Shown here: in pieces, positions 1 to 8,968 of the stretch
Layout of the letters: each line of letters opens with the position of its first letter
Numbering within the stretch: position 1 is the stretch's first letter
Source: Chitinophagales bacterium
GTDB lineage: Bacteria > Bacteroidota > Bacteroidia > Chitinophagales > JADIYW01
Direction of reading: 5' to 3'
Length of the DNA: 64,000 nt
NCBI GenBank assembly: GCA_023957215.1
Contig: JAMLHH010000001.1
Span: 17,383-81,382 of the forward strand
Program-made: the position numbers and the translations under genes
Notes under the pieces: model-generated
Databases searched by the model: none
What the model saw: only the letters and a program-made list of their open reading frames with translations
Told to the model about the DNA's origin: nothing

Positions 1-24
1 TTGATAATCTTTCTCTCTTTTGAT

Positions 25-124
25 AGACGGATACACCGATACATTGGTACATTGTTACATCGGTATATTTTCACATTTCCAAATTAGCTAATTATCACAT
101 TTATTGGTACATCGGTAAATTACA
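25..124. repeat. degenerate 8-bp-period tandem array (ACATNNNN-type units) upstream of the aminotransferase gene
   Basis: Read in 8-nt phase from 25: AGACGGAT ACACCGAT ACATTGGT ACATTGTT ACATCGGT ATATTTTC ACATTTCC AAATTAGC TAATTATC ACATTTAT. A 4-nt phase slip follows, then ACATCGGT AAATTACA. TACATCGGTA occurs twice (55-64, 108-117). Confidence 0.6.
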
Positions 125-166
125 CTTCAATACACCACTTTTTAATATTCATCCTTATCTTTAGGT

Positions 167-1261
167 ATGCAAAATGAACTAACGAAAGAAGAACTCAAAG
201 TGTACTTTCCTCAGATAATAAAATACAACTATCTCAATACACCTGCAAGCGGATTATTACCTCAGCCGGTTTTACAATGGCGACACAATAGAGATGAAGC
301 TTTTGTAGATAATCCCAATGATTTTATGAACGGCGCCAAAGATTTTCTTCAGTCTGTAAAAGAAACTATTGCACAGTTTTTTGATGTACAAACCAAAGAC
401 ATTGCTTTAGTACCAAACTTTTCATATTCTATCAATATGATATTGGAAGGATTGGTCAAAAAGCAAAAGATTTTATTGCTAAAGGAAGATTATCCATCTG
501 TCAATTGGCCGGTAGAGTCAAGAGATTTTGAGATACATTATATAGAGGTCAATCAGGACTTAGAACAGAATATAAGGACTGCTATCGAACGTGAGAAAAT
601 GGATATTTTTATTTTTAGCAATGTACAATGGCTGTCGGGAATGAAGTTGGACAAAGAGTTCTTGAAAGAGCTTAAAAATGACTTTCCCTATCTTCTACTG
701 ATAGCTGATGGCACACAATATTTGGGTACTGAACAATTTAGTTTTAAAGAAAGTCCGATAGATGTGATGGCTACCAGTGCATATAAATGGCTGACTTCTG
801 CTTTTGGTTGTGGTTTTTTGATGATAAAAGAAAGTGTTAGAGATAGGATTTTACCTAAGACTATTGGATTTAACTCATCTGAAAACTTTGCCGATAAACC
901 GGGAGAGGAGAGTTATATGAAACGTTTTGAACCGGGACATCAAGACACTTTGACTTTAGGAAGTATCAAGGCTTCACTGTTGTTTATGCAGACACTCGGC
1001 GAAAATAGAATATACGAACAAGTCAAACATATTTCTATCGTGGCAAAAGAGATATTTTCTGCCTTAGGTATCATAGATGAAACAATTATGTTTAGAAAAA
1101 ATTATTCTTCAATTTATAATCTCCATCTCAATGAAACAACTTTTGACAAACTCATTGCGAACCACTTGATTTGTTCTTGGCGTGGCGGTGGTATCAGGGT
1201 AGGTCTTCACTACTACAACGATGAAAACGATATAGATAAATTGATAGAATTAATTAAATGA
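167..1261 (+). CDS. class V aminotransferase-fold PLP-dependent enzyme (cysteine desulfurase/selenocysteine lyase-like)
   Basis: 364-aa ORF. SAYKWL-type PLP-lysine motif, an ADGTQ segment and overall length fit the class V fold. Substrate not inferable. Confidence 0.65.
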   Translation: MQNELTKEELKVYFPQIIKYNYLNTPASGLLPQPVLQWRHNRDEAFVDNPNDFMNGAKDFLQSVKETIAQFFDVQTKDIALVPNFSYSINMILEGLVKKQKILLLKEDYPSVNWPVESRDFEIHYIEVNQDLEQNIRTAIEREKMDIFIFSNVQWLSGMKLDKEFLKELKNDFPYLLLIADGTQYLGTEQFSFKESPIDVMATSAYKWLTSAFGCGFLMIKESVRDRILPKTIGFNSSENFADKPGEESYMKRFEPGHQDTLTLGSIKASLLFMQTLGENRIYEQVKHISIVAKEIFSALGIIDETIMFRKNYSSIYNLHLNETTFDKLIANHLICSWRGGGIRVGLHYYNDENDIDKLIELIK

Positions 1262-1283
1262 ATCTATCGGATATCTAATTTCT

Positions 1284-1347
1284 ACATCAATACTTCCGTA
1301 TATCATCACATTAATACATTAATACATTAATACATTGGTACATTACC
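1284..1347. repeat. 8-bp tandem array (ACATTAAT x3 plus degenerate flanking units)
   Basis: In phase: ACATCAAT ACTTCCGT ATATCATC ACATTAAT ACATTAAT ACATTAAT ACATTGGT ACATTACC. Shares the exact 13-mer ACATTGGTACATT (1332-1344) with the upstream array (41-53). Overlaps the stop codon of the dipeptidase gene. Confidence 0.75.
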
Positions 1348-2500
1348 ATTTCTCCAATAAAAATCGCTTCACATTTTCTCCCATTATCAAACGGATATCC
1401 TCATGTGAAAAACCCACTTTAAGTAAAGCTTCCACCAATAAATTGAGACCACGGATATCATAAGGTGTCTTCACTGCACCATCGTTATCTGTACCCAAAG
1501 CAATATGTTCCACACCTACAAGATCGGCTGTATATTTCATCGCTTGTGCAGTCGCCTCAGCACTAAGTCCACAAACAGCTTCTTCAAAAATGGCAATCCC
1601 TATCAATCCTCCACTATTAGCGATTGCTTTCAGATGTTTGTCGGAAAGATTCCTTTGTGAAGGACAAGTTCCTTTTACACCTGTATGTGAACTGATAAAA
1701 GGTTTGTGATAAATAGCAGTGACATCGTCAATCAAATTCGGTGAACAATGTGCCACATCTAAAATGATATTTTTTTGCTCAATGACCTTAACAACTTCTT
1801 TACCAAAATCCGTCAAACCACCCAAACTCTCCCCGTGTGCAGAACTTCCTAATTCATTGTCTTGAAAATGTACTGCCGACATCATTCTAATACCGGCATC
1901 GTACAAAACATCCAAGTTATTGATATCACCCATCAAAGGATACAATCCTTCTGCTCCTAAAAAGCCGGCAGTAATAGCAGTATTACTTTTCCTGTCAGAA
2001 AGATATTTCTTAAAATCATCAGCATTGTATATCACTCTAAATCTTCCATCTGACTTTTTTGCAAAAGCTTTCAGTTCATCACATTGTGCTAAAGCTCTAT
2101 TTTTAGGACTCCACCAAGTTTTGGGTTTCCTTCCGGAAACAAAAGATTGTAACTTCAATAAATCCGAATCCGTAGAATTACTTTTAAAATTGATACCCCA
2201 AGGTACTTTTGATACTATCGTAAAAGCTTGCAATGCAACCCGCGCCTCTATCAATCTCGGTATATCTACCTGTCCTCTTCCATTTTCTTTATTGAGATTA
2301 CGTTTCCAAAGCAATGCATCACAATGTAAATCAGCAATAAAATCTAATGAATTATACAAATCTTGCGTCTCTTTAGAAACCGTATAAGGTGCTTTTTGCG
2401 CTACCCTGTTAATGGCAGTATCTATTATTTGTGGCAAAGTAAAGATGACAATCACATACAATACTATGATTGCGAAAATAAATTGAAGGAGCTTTTTCAT
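1343..2500 (-). CDS. membrane-anchored dipeptidase, peptidase family M19 (renal dipeptidase-like)
   Basis: 385 aa with an N-terminal TM helix (LLQFIFAIIVLYVIVIFTL). M19-type motifs DLHCDAL, HFQDNELG, LDVAHCS and ALGTDNDG. Confidence 0.8.
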   Translation of the reverse strand: MKKLLQFIFAIIVLYVIVIFTLPQIIDTAINRVAQKAPYTVSKETQDLYNSLDFIADLHCDALLWKRNLNKENGRGQVDIPRLIEARVALQAFTIVSKVPWGINFKSNSTDSDLLKLQSFVSGRKPKTWWSPKNRALAQCDELKAFAKKSDGRFRVIYNADDFKKYLSDRKSNTAITAGFLGAEGLYPLMGDINNLDVLYDAGIRMMSAVHFQDNELGSSAHGESLGGLTDFGKEVVKVIEQKNIILDVAHCSPNLIDDVTAIYHKPFISSHTGVKGTCPSQRNLSDKHLKAIANSGGLIGIAIFEEAVCGLSAEATAQAMKYTADLVGVEHIALGTDNDGAVKTPYDIRGLNLLVEALLKVGFSHEDIRLIMGENVKRFLLEKW

Positions 2501-2504
2501 CTTA

Positions 2505-3989
2505 TTAAATATTAGGTCTTCTATTCTTCCACGGTTGCGCTTCCTCTAATTGTCCCGCGATACGGAACAGGGTTGCTTCATCACCCATTTTAGCAGTCAA
2601 CATAACACCTATTGGCAAATTGCTTTTTGACCAATAAAGTGGAACATTCATAGATGGCTGTCCGGTCATATTGGCAATCGGCGTATAAGGGATATATCCC
2701 AAAGTTCTTTTTGCAATTGTATCTACGATACTGCTATTTTTTAAAGTTGGTAAAACACCCAATCCAATAGCCGATTTGAGCGCAAGTTCTTCTACTCTAC
2801 TGACTTGTAGTTCACCGTTTTTGATGGGTGGTCTGGAAAGTGTAGGGCAAAGCCACAAATCGTAAGTTTCGTGTATTTTACCAAATCTTCTGGAAATCAC
2901 ATTCCACTGTTTCCTTGAATAGGCAAAATCTCTTGCCGAAAAACTCCTTCCCAAAACATTTAACAACCAAGTGGTCAATTCTACCTCATCTTTTTGAATC
3001 ATTTTGCCACGCATTTCTCCCAAAATATCCAAATCCGCCGCTACATCTGCCATCATCATAAAGAAAACTTTGGTCAGAGTAGCTTCTTCATAAGGTAAAG
3101 GTATCTCCTCAATCTCATGTCCCAAATCTGTCAATATTTTGATAGTATGATTGATGGCATTGATACACTCCACATCTACTTTTTCTCCGAAAGGATGTTG
3201 GGTGCTAAATGCAATTTTTAATTTTTTAGGAGTATTTCCGACCTCTGATAGAAAGGTATTTTCCGGTTTTTGAAAAATGATTGGATCTCCTGGACTTGAG
3301 CCTAATAAACTATCTAACAATGCTGCACTGTCTCTCACTGTGCGCGAAAGTGCAAATGAAGAAACCAATCCACTCCATGCCTCTCCGCTATATGGACCTA
3401 AAGTCAATCGTCCTCTACTTGGTTTCAGACCAAAAAGTCCACAAGCTGAAGAAGGGATTCTGATGGAGCCACCGCCGTCACCGGCCGCTGCAATCGGTAA
3501 AATACAGGCTGCGACAGCGGAAGCTGATCCACCACTACTACCGCCTGCACTATGTTCCAAGTTCCACGGATTTTTAGTAACTCCATTGGCTTTGGGCTCT
3601 GTATAAGGTGTAATTCCAAATTCAGGGGTATTCGTTTTGCCAAAGATATTCAGTCCTATTTCTTTCATTTTAGCCACCATGAAGCTATCTTCTTTTGGAA
3701 CAAATTTCTTTAGTGCATTAGAGCCATGTGTCATAGGTTCACCTGCGAGATAAAACTCCAAGTCTTTCAACATAAAAGGCACACCTGCCAAGATATGATC
3801 GGGCAATTTTTCCTGTGCTCTTTTTCTTGCTTTATCATAAAAAGTAAGGACAACGGCATTTAATTTCGGATTGATTTGTTCTGTACGTTCGATAGCAACT
3901 TCAAGCACTTCCAAAGCCGTCACTTCTTTATTCTTAATCAGCTCTGCCAGACCTATGGCATCATACTGTACATACTCTTCAAACTTCAT
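2505..3989 (-). CDS. amidase (amidase-signature family)
   Basis: 494 aa. Canonical AS motif GGSSGGSASAVAA and the upstream catalytic Lys context (FMLKDLE). Sits 4 nt upstream of the dipeptidase gene on the same strand. Confidence 0.85.
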   Translation of the reverse strand: MKFEEYVQYDAIGLAELIKNKEVTALEVLEVAIERTEQINPKLNAVVLTFYDKARKRAQEKLPDHILAGVPFMLKDLEFYLAGEPMTHGSNALKKFVPKEDSFMVAKMKEIGLNIFGKTNTPEFGITPYTEPKANGVTKNPWNLEHSAGGSSGGSASAVAACILPIAAAGDGGGSIRIPSSACGLFGLKPSRGRLTLGPYSGEAWSGLVSSFALSRTVRDSAALLDSLLGSSPGDPIIFQKPENTFLSEVGNTPKKLKIAFSTQHPFGEKVDVECINAINHTIKILTDLGHEIEEIPLPYEEATLTKVFFMMMADVAADLDILGEMRGKMIQKDEVELTTWLLNVLGRSFSARDFAYSRKQWNVISRRFGKIHETYDLWLCPTLSRPPIKNGELQVSRVEELALKSAIGLGVLPTLKNSSIVDTIAKRTLGYIPYTPIANMTGQPSMNVPLYWSKSNLPIGVMLTAKMGDEATLFRIAGQLEEAQPWKNRRPNI

Positions 3990-3991
3990 AC

Positions 3992-5158
3992 TTACTGATT
4001 TTTATCCCAATTTTCAACAAATTGTATCAAAGCAAGCTTTAAAGCTTCCAAACCATCAGGGTTGAGATGTTCCAAATTATCCAATCTCGTATGATAACTT
4101 GGATCATATTTTTTGGAGTCCATCCCGATGATACAAAGTGCCGGCAGACCGGCTAATGCAAAAGAGGTTCCATCCGATGCTCCGATAGGCAAAGGCAACT
4201 TTTTATATCCCACATTCGCTTCTTGAAAGGCACTTTCCATTTTATTGACTAAATCTTGCGGATATTTGACCAAGGTATTGGTCTCTGAAGATACAATAGT
4301 CAGATTTTCTTTTTCTTTAATAGTATCAATATTGATCAAAACGGCATTTTCTTGTAAGAGTTCCTCTTTATGCATTTTCACATAAGCTTCCGAACCTCTC
4401 AAAGCAGGTTCTTCACTACCAAAACTGACAACTTTTATTCTTGTATGCTCTAACTTCTCTTTTGAAAAAACTTTTGCCATTTCTACTGCGGTTGCAACAC
4501 CGGTCAGGTTATCAATTGCACCATCTACCGGATCTTCACCATGCTTGAAAAACATAGAAAGAGCAGCCGGTGAAATAGCCACAAAAACATAATAAGGCCA
4601 CATCACCGCACCTTCCGGTGGCATAAAATAAGTCAGTAGCCATAAAATACCGAGATAGACCGGTAAAAGTACATACCCGAAACCTGCTATGACATTCAAT
4701 GCAACTCCAAAGGTTTTGAAGTGATACCACCATTGAAATTCATACACACTGTCTATGTGTCCGGCAATGATAATTGTAGATTTGACTTCTCCTTTAGGTT
4801 CTATTTTACCTTCTACATTCCAAGAAGTTTCTTTTGGAAAAAGGAAATCCAAAACATGTCTATAAGTTAAAAAGTGCCAGATAAAAAAGATAGCTCCTAC
4901 TCCCGAAATCAAGGTACTCAGTAATATTCTCTGTTGATAATTGGTCGTCATAAACCAAAGTGTAAACCAATAAATCAAGCTAAAAATCTTCAGCGATTCA
5001 AAATGAGAAGAGAGTGGACTTTTAAAAGCTTCTTTTTTCACGTTGTCACAATACTGCTCCATGACCTGAGCGGTATATTTTTGTGCATCTTCTTCTTGTT
5101 GGGAACCTCCGGGTCTGCCCCCGAATTTTGATATGACATCCGAAATAAACTGTACCAT
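3992..5158 (-). CDS. polytopic membrane M28-family metallopeptidase
   Basis: 388 aa. M28 metal-ligand motifs GHIDSV, GAIDNLTG, GSEEPALRGS and YHTRLDN. Several hydrophobic helices lie N-terminal to and inside the domain. Sits 2 nt upstream of the amidase gene. Confidence 0.75.
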   Translation of the reverse strand: MVQFISDVISKFGGRPGGSQQEEDAQKYTAQVMEQYCDNVKKEAFKSPLSSHFESLKIFSLIYWFTLWFMTTNYQQRILLSTLISGVGAIFFIWHFLTYRHVLDFLFPKETSWNVEGKIEPKGEVKSTIIIAGHIDSVYEFQWWYHFKTFGVALNVIAGFGYVLLPVYLGILWLLTYFMPPEGAVMWPYYVFVAISPAALSMFFKHGEDPVDGAIDNLTGVATAVEMAKVFSKEKLEHTRIKVVSFGSEEPALRGSEAYVKMHKEELLQENAVLINIDTIKEKENLTIVSSETNTLVKYPQDLVNKMESAFQEANVGYKKLPLPIGASDGTSFALAGLPALCIIGMDSKKYDPSYHTRLDNLEHLNPDGLEALKLALIQFVENWDKNQ

Positions 5159-5308
5159 CTTTTAATGAAGTTTTTTACAAAATACAAAAATATTTACAAT
5201 TTCATTCCATGATGTATTACTTATAAAATCTTATTCTATACATCAATGTGTAAAACTATTCCCAAAGATTCATTTCGGCATAGCGATAAAGCTCCTTATC
5301 TTTACCAC

Positions 5309-7657
5309 ATGGATATTCTCAAAGAACTCAATAATGTTCAAGCCCAAGCAGTCAGTAGTATTGACGGTCCGGTAATGATAATCGCCGGTCCCGGCTCAGG
5401 TAAAACACGAGTTCTCACTTATAGGATTGCCTATCTGATACAACAAGGGATAGATCCTTTCCGAATTCTTGCATTGACTTTTACCAATAAAGCCGCAAAA
5501 GAAATGCGTGAGAGAATACAAACATTATTGGGCGGGAGTGAAGCGAGAAACCTATATATGGGAACTTTCCACTCCGTTTTTGCAAGGATTTTGAGAATGG
5601 AAGCTGCGAAAATCGGATATCCTACCAATTTTGCAATCTATGATACCGATGATGCAAAAAGTCTTCTTAAAAGTATCATCAAAGAATTGGGACTCAATGA
5701 TAAACTGTACAAACCATCTAATGTTTCGTATAGAATTTCATCCGCAAAAAATAGTTTGATTAGTCCGCAGGATTACTTGGCAGATCCGGATTTGATGTCC
5801 GAAGATGAACAAGCCGGTCGTCCGTATATGGGAAAATTGTATGAAAAGTATCAGCAGAGATTGTTTTTGGCAGGAGCAATGGATTTTGATGATTTGTTGG
5901 TGAAAACGTATGAGCTTTTAGACAATTTTCCGGAGGTATTATATAAATACCAAAACCGTTTTTCGCACTTGATGATAGACGAGTTTCAAGATACCAATTT
6001 TGCACAATATTCTATCGTAAAAAAGTTAGCTGCCATACATGAAAACATCTGTGTAGTAGGTGATGACGCACAAAGTATTTATGCATTTAGAGGTGCAACA
6101 ATTTCAAATATTTTAAACTTTGAGAAAAACTATCCCGATTTAAAAATTTTTAAATTAGAGCAAAATTACCGTTCCACTCCTTATATCGTACACGCTGCCA
6201 ATGAATTGATATCCAATAATAAAGGGCAGATTAAAAAAGAGATTTGGACAGATAAAAAAGAAGGTGAAAAGATCAAAGTTTTTAGGGCAGGCAGTGAAAA
6301 CGAGGAAGCAAGGATGATAGCCGAATCCATTTTTGAACAAAAGATTACCTACCATATTCAAAATCAGGATTTTGCAATTTTATATAGAACTAACTCACAA
6401 TCAAGAGCTTTTGAAGAGCAACTCAGAAGACTCAATCTACCGTACAGAATCTATGGCGGTTTGTCTTTTTATCAAAGAAAAGAAATTAAAGATTTTGTAG
6501 CCTACCTTAGAGTACTTGTCAATGAGAATGATGAGGAGGCCATGAAACGTGTATTGGGACTGACCAAAGGTGTCGGTCAGACGACCATCAATAAAATTAT
6601 TGCCACGGCTTCCGAGAAAAATGTCTCTCTTTGGGAAATGATTAAAAAGCCTGAACTGATTCAAGAAATCACAAAAGGGGCTTATCGTTTGCTTTTTAAT
6701 TTTAGCATGATGGTACAGAGTTTACAAGCTCAGCTCCATACAAAAAATGCTTATGAAATCGCCGAAATGATAGGCAGACAAACCGGAATGTTGGAAAGTT
6801 TATTTTTGGACAAAACTTCTGAAGGTATTGGAAGATATGAAAACGTGCAAGAGCTTTTGAGTGGTATCAAATCTTACACTTTAGAGGAAAAAGAAGAACC
6901 GGAAGAAGATGAGGTAAGTCCTGAAAACGATTTGGCCGCTTATTTACAACAAATTTCTCTCTTGACAGATTCGGATAAAGAAGATGAAAATCCCAATAAA
7001 GTAAAATTGATGACTGTCCACGCTTCAAAAGGTTTGGAATTTCCATCTGTTTTTGTGGTAGGTCTGGAAGAAAATCTTTTTCCGTCCATGCTTTCACTCA
7101 ATACAAGAGAAGAATTAGAAGAAGAAAGAAGACTGTTTTATGTAGCCATTACGAGAGCGCAAGACAGATTGTATCTCTCTTATGCAAATACCCGTGTTCG
7201 TTTTGGCTCAATACAATATAACGAAGCAAGTAGATTTATCGAAGAGGTCGGTCTTGACAATTTGAATATGCCGAGAAACCGTGTGTTTTCAAATACGCCT
7301 CCAAGCCAACAAAGAAGTGGAAATACTTCTTACAATGGAATGCAGAACAATTATTACGAAAAAAAGAAAGAGCCGTCTCCATCAACAAATAGTAATAGTG
7401 GCGGAGATCAGTTCAATAGTATGAATCTGAAAAACAAAAAACCTATTGCTCAAAGTATTAGAAATTCGAGTGCAGTCGTTCCATCGGATTTGAAAGGTTT
7501 GAAAGTAGGAAATATGGTCGTACACGAAAAGTTTGGTCAAGGTAAAGTCACCCTTGTGGAAGGAGGCGGAGACAATGTATTAGCTACAATATTTTTTGAA
7601 GGAGTAGGTGCCAAAAAGATTATGCTTCGTTTCGCAAAGCTCCAAATTATTTCTTAA
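5309..7657 (+). CDS. uvrD: ATP-dependent DNA helicase, UvrD/PcrA/Rep family
   Basis: Walker A GPGSGKT, DEFQDT, a QNYRS motif, and a C-terminal Tudor-like tail (VVHEKFGQGKV). The ORF opens at 5246, but the conserved N-terminus MDILKELNNVQ begins at the ATG at 5309. Confidence 0.9.
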   Translation: MDILKELNNVQAQAVSSIDGPVMIIAGPGSGKTRVLTYRIAYLIQQGIDPFRILALTFTNKAAKEMRERIQTLLGGSEARNLYMGTFHSVFARILRMEAAKIGYPTNFAIYDTDDAKSLLKSIIKELGLNDKLYKPSNVSYRISSAKNSLISPQDYLADPDLMSEDEQAGRPYMGKLYEKYQQRLFLAGAMDFDDLLVKTYELLDNFPEVLYKYQNRFSHLMIDEFQDTNFAQYSIVKKLAAIHENICVVGDDAQSIYAFRGATISNILNFEKNYPDLKIFKLEQNYRSTPYIVHAANELISNNKGQIKKEIWTDKKEGEKIKVFRAGSENEEARMIAESIFEQKITYHIQNQDFAILYRTNSQSRAFEEQLRRLNLPYRIYGGLSFYQRKEIKDFVAYLRVLVNENDEEAMKRVLGLTKGVGQTTINKIIATASEKNVSLWEMIKKPELIQEITKGAYRLLFNFSMMVQSLQAQLHTKNAYEIAEMIGRQTGMLESLFLDKTSEGIGRYENVQELLSGIKSYTLEEKEEPEEDEVSPENDLAAYLQQISLLTDSDKEDENPNKVKLMTVHASKGLEFPSVFVVGLEENLFPSMLSLNTREELEEERRLFYVAITRAQDRLYLSYANTRVRFGSIQYNEASRFIEEVGLDNLNMPRNRVFSNTPPSQQRSGNTSYNGMQNNYYEKKKEPSPSTNSNSGGDQFNSMNLKNKKPIAQSIRNSSAVVPSDLKGLKVGNMVVHEKFGQGKVTLVEGGGDNVLATIFFEGVGAKKIMLRFAKLQIIS

Positions 7658-8961
7658 AGTCGTCTGATTTCCGCTCCCAATTCTTTGAGACGCAGATCAA
7701 TATTTTGATAACCTCTATCTATCTGATGGGCATTAGAAATGATACTAATACCATTAGCAGAGAGTGCTGCTATTAAAAGAGAAATTCCGGCACGGATATC
7801 AGGTGAAGACATCTTTATACCTCGGAGTGCATATTCTCTGTTGATACCTATGACTGTTGCACGATGTGGGTCACACAAAATAATTTTCGCCCCCATATCT
7901 ATGAGTTTGTCCGTAAAAAACAATCTACTTTCAAACATTTTCTGATGAATGAGCAGACTACCTTTTGCCTGACAAGCTGTAACCAATAAGACAGAAAGTA
8001 TATCAGGAGTCAACCCCGGCCAAGGTGCATCATAAATGGTCAAAATGGAGCCGTCTATAAAAGTTTCTATCTCGTAATGCTTTTGTGACGGAATATAAAT
8101 ATCATCGTTATGATATTCTAAATGAATACCGAGTTTTCTAAACGCATTGGGTAATAAACCGAGTTGGTCTATCCTACAATTTTTGATGGTGATTTCAGAT
8201 TGGGTCATTGCAGACATACCGATAAAACTTCCTATTTCTATCATGTCGGGCAATAAAGTGTGGGTCGTACCTTTTAGGCTTTTTACACCTTCAATTTCCA
8301 GTCTGTTAGAGCTGATACCGGCGATTTTTGCTCCCATCTGATTGAGCATTTTGCACAACTGTTGAATATACGGCTCACAAGCGGCGTTATAAATAATCGT
8401 ACTCCCCTCCGCTAAGACAGCAGCCATGATTAGATTAGCTGTACCCGTTACAGATGGTTCTTCAAGATGAACAAATTTTCCCTTTAATCCCCCATCAGCT
8501 ATTAGAGAGTACTCTTGTTTTTTATCGTCATAATGGAACTTAGCCCCCAATTCCTTGAATCCGTTGAAATGAATATCTAATCTTCTACGACCGATTTTAT
8601 CTCCACCCGGTGTCGGAATCAGTGCTTTTCCAAATCGTGCAAGCAAGGGACCGATAATCAATATGGATCCTCTCAAATTACTCACTTTTGCTTGGAATTC
8701 TTTTGAAAAAATCAGTTCGGGATCAATGTTACCTGCATTAAAAATATAGGTATCAGTTGTAAGCTTTTGGATCGTAACACCCATAAAGTCTAACATTTTG
8801 ATTAAGGTATTGACATCTAAAATGTCCGGTACATTCTGTACTTTCACATCTTCATCTGTCAGCAAAGTAGCAGCAATAATCTGCAAAGCCTCATTCTTTG
8901 CACCTTGTGCCTCTATGCTCCCTTTCAGCCTGCATCCACCTTTTATTTCAAAAGCATCCAT
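7654..8961 (-). CDS. murA: UDP-N-acetylglucosamine 1-carboxyvinyltransferase (Asp-type active-site loop)
   Basis: 435 aa with full-length MurA architecture. The active-site loop reads PGGDKIGRRRLDIH. Its stop codon overlaps the uvrD stop in a shared TTAA. Confidence 0.93.
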   Translation of the reverse strand: MDAFEIKGGCRLKGSIEAQGAKNEALQIIAATLLTDEDVKVQNVPDILDVNTLIKMLDFMGVTIQKLTTDTYIFNAGNIDPELIFSKEFQAKVSNLRGSILIIGPLLARFGKALIPTPGGDKIGRRRLDIHFNGFKELGAKFHYDDKKQEYSLIADGGLKGKFVHLEEPSVTGTANLIMAAVLAEGSTIIYNAACEPYIQQLCKMLNQMGAKIAGISSNRLEIEGVKSLKGTTHTLLPDMIEIGSFIGMSAMTQSEITIKNCRIDQLGLLPNAFRKLGIHLEYHNDDIYIPSQKHYEIETFIDGSILTIYDAPWPGLTPDILSVLLVTACQAKGSLLIHQKMFESRLFFTDKLIDMGAKIILCDPHRATVIGINREYALRGIKMSSPDIRAGISLLIAALSANGISIISNAHQIDRGYQNIDLRLKELGAEIRRL

Positions 8962-8968
8962 CGCCTGA

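Noticed and set aside
5309-7657. UvrD-family helicase as a possible defence-system component
   Set aside because: It has full housekeeping UvrD/PcrA architecture with a C-terminal Tudor-like domain. It sits in a conserved core neighbourhood (murA, DUF4290) with no nuclease or other partner genes.
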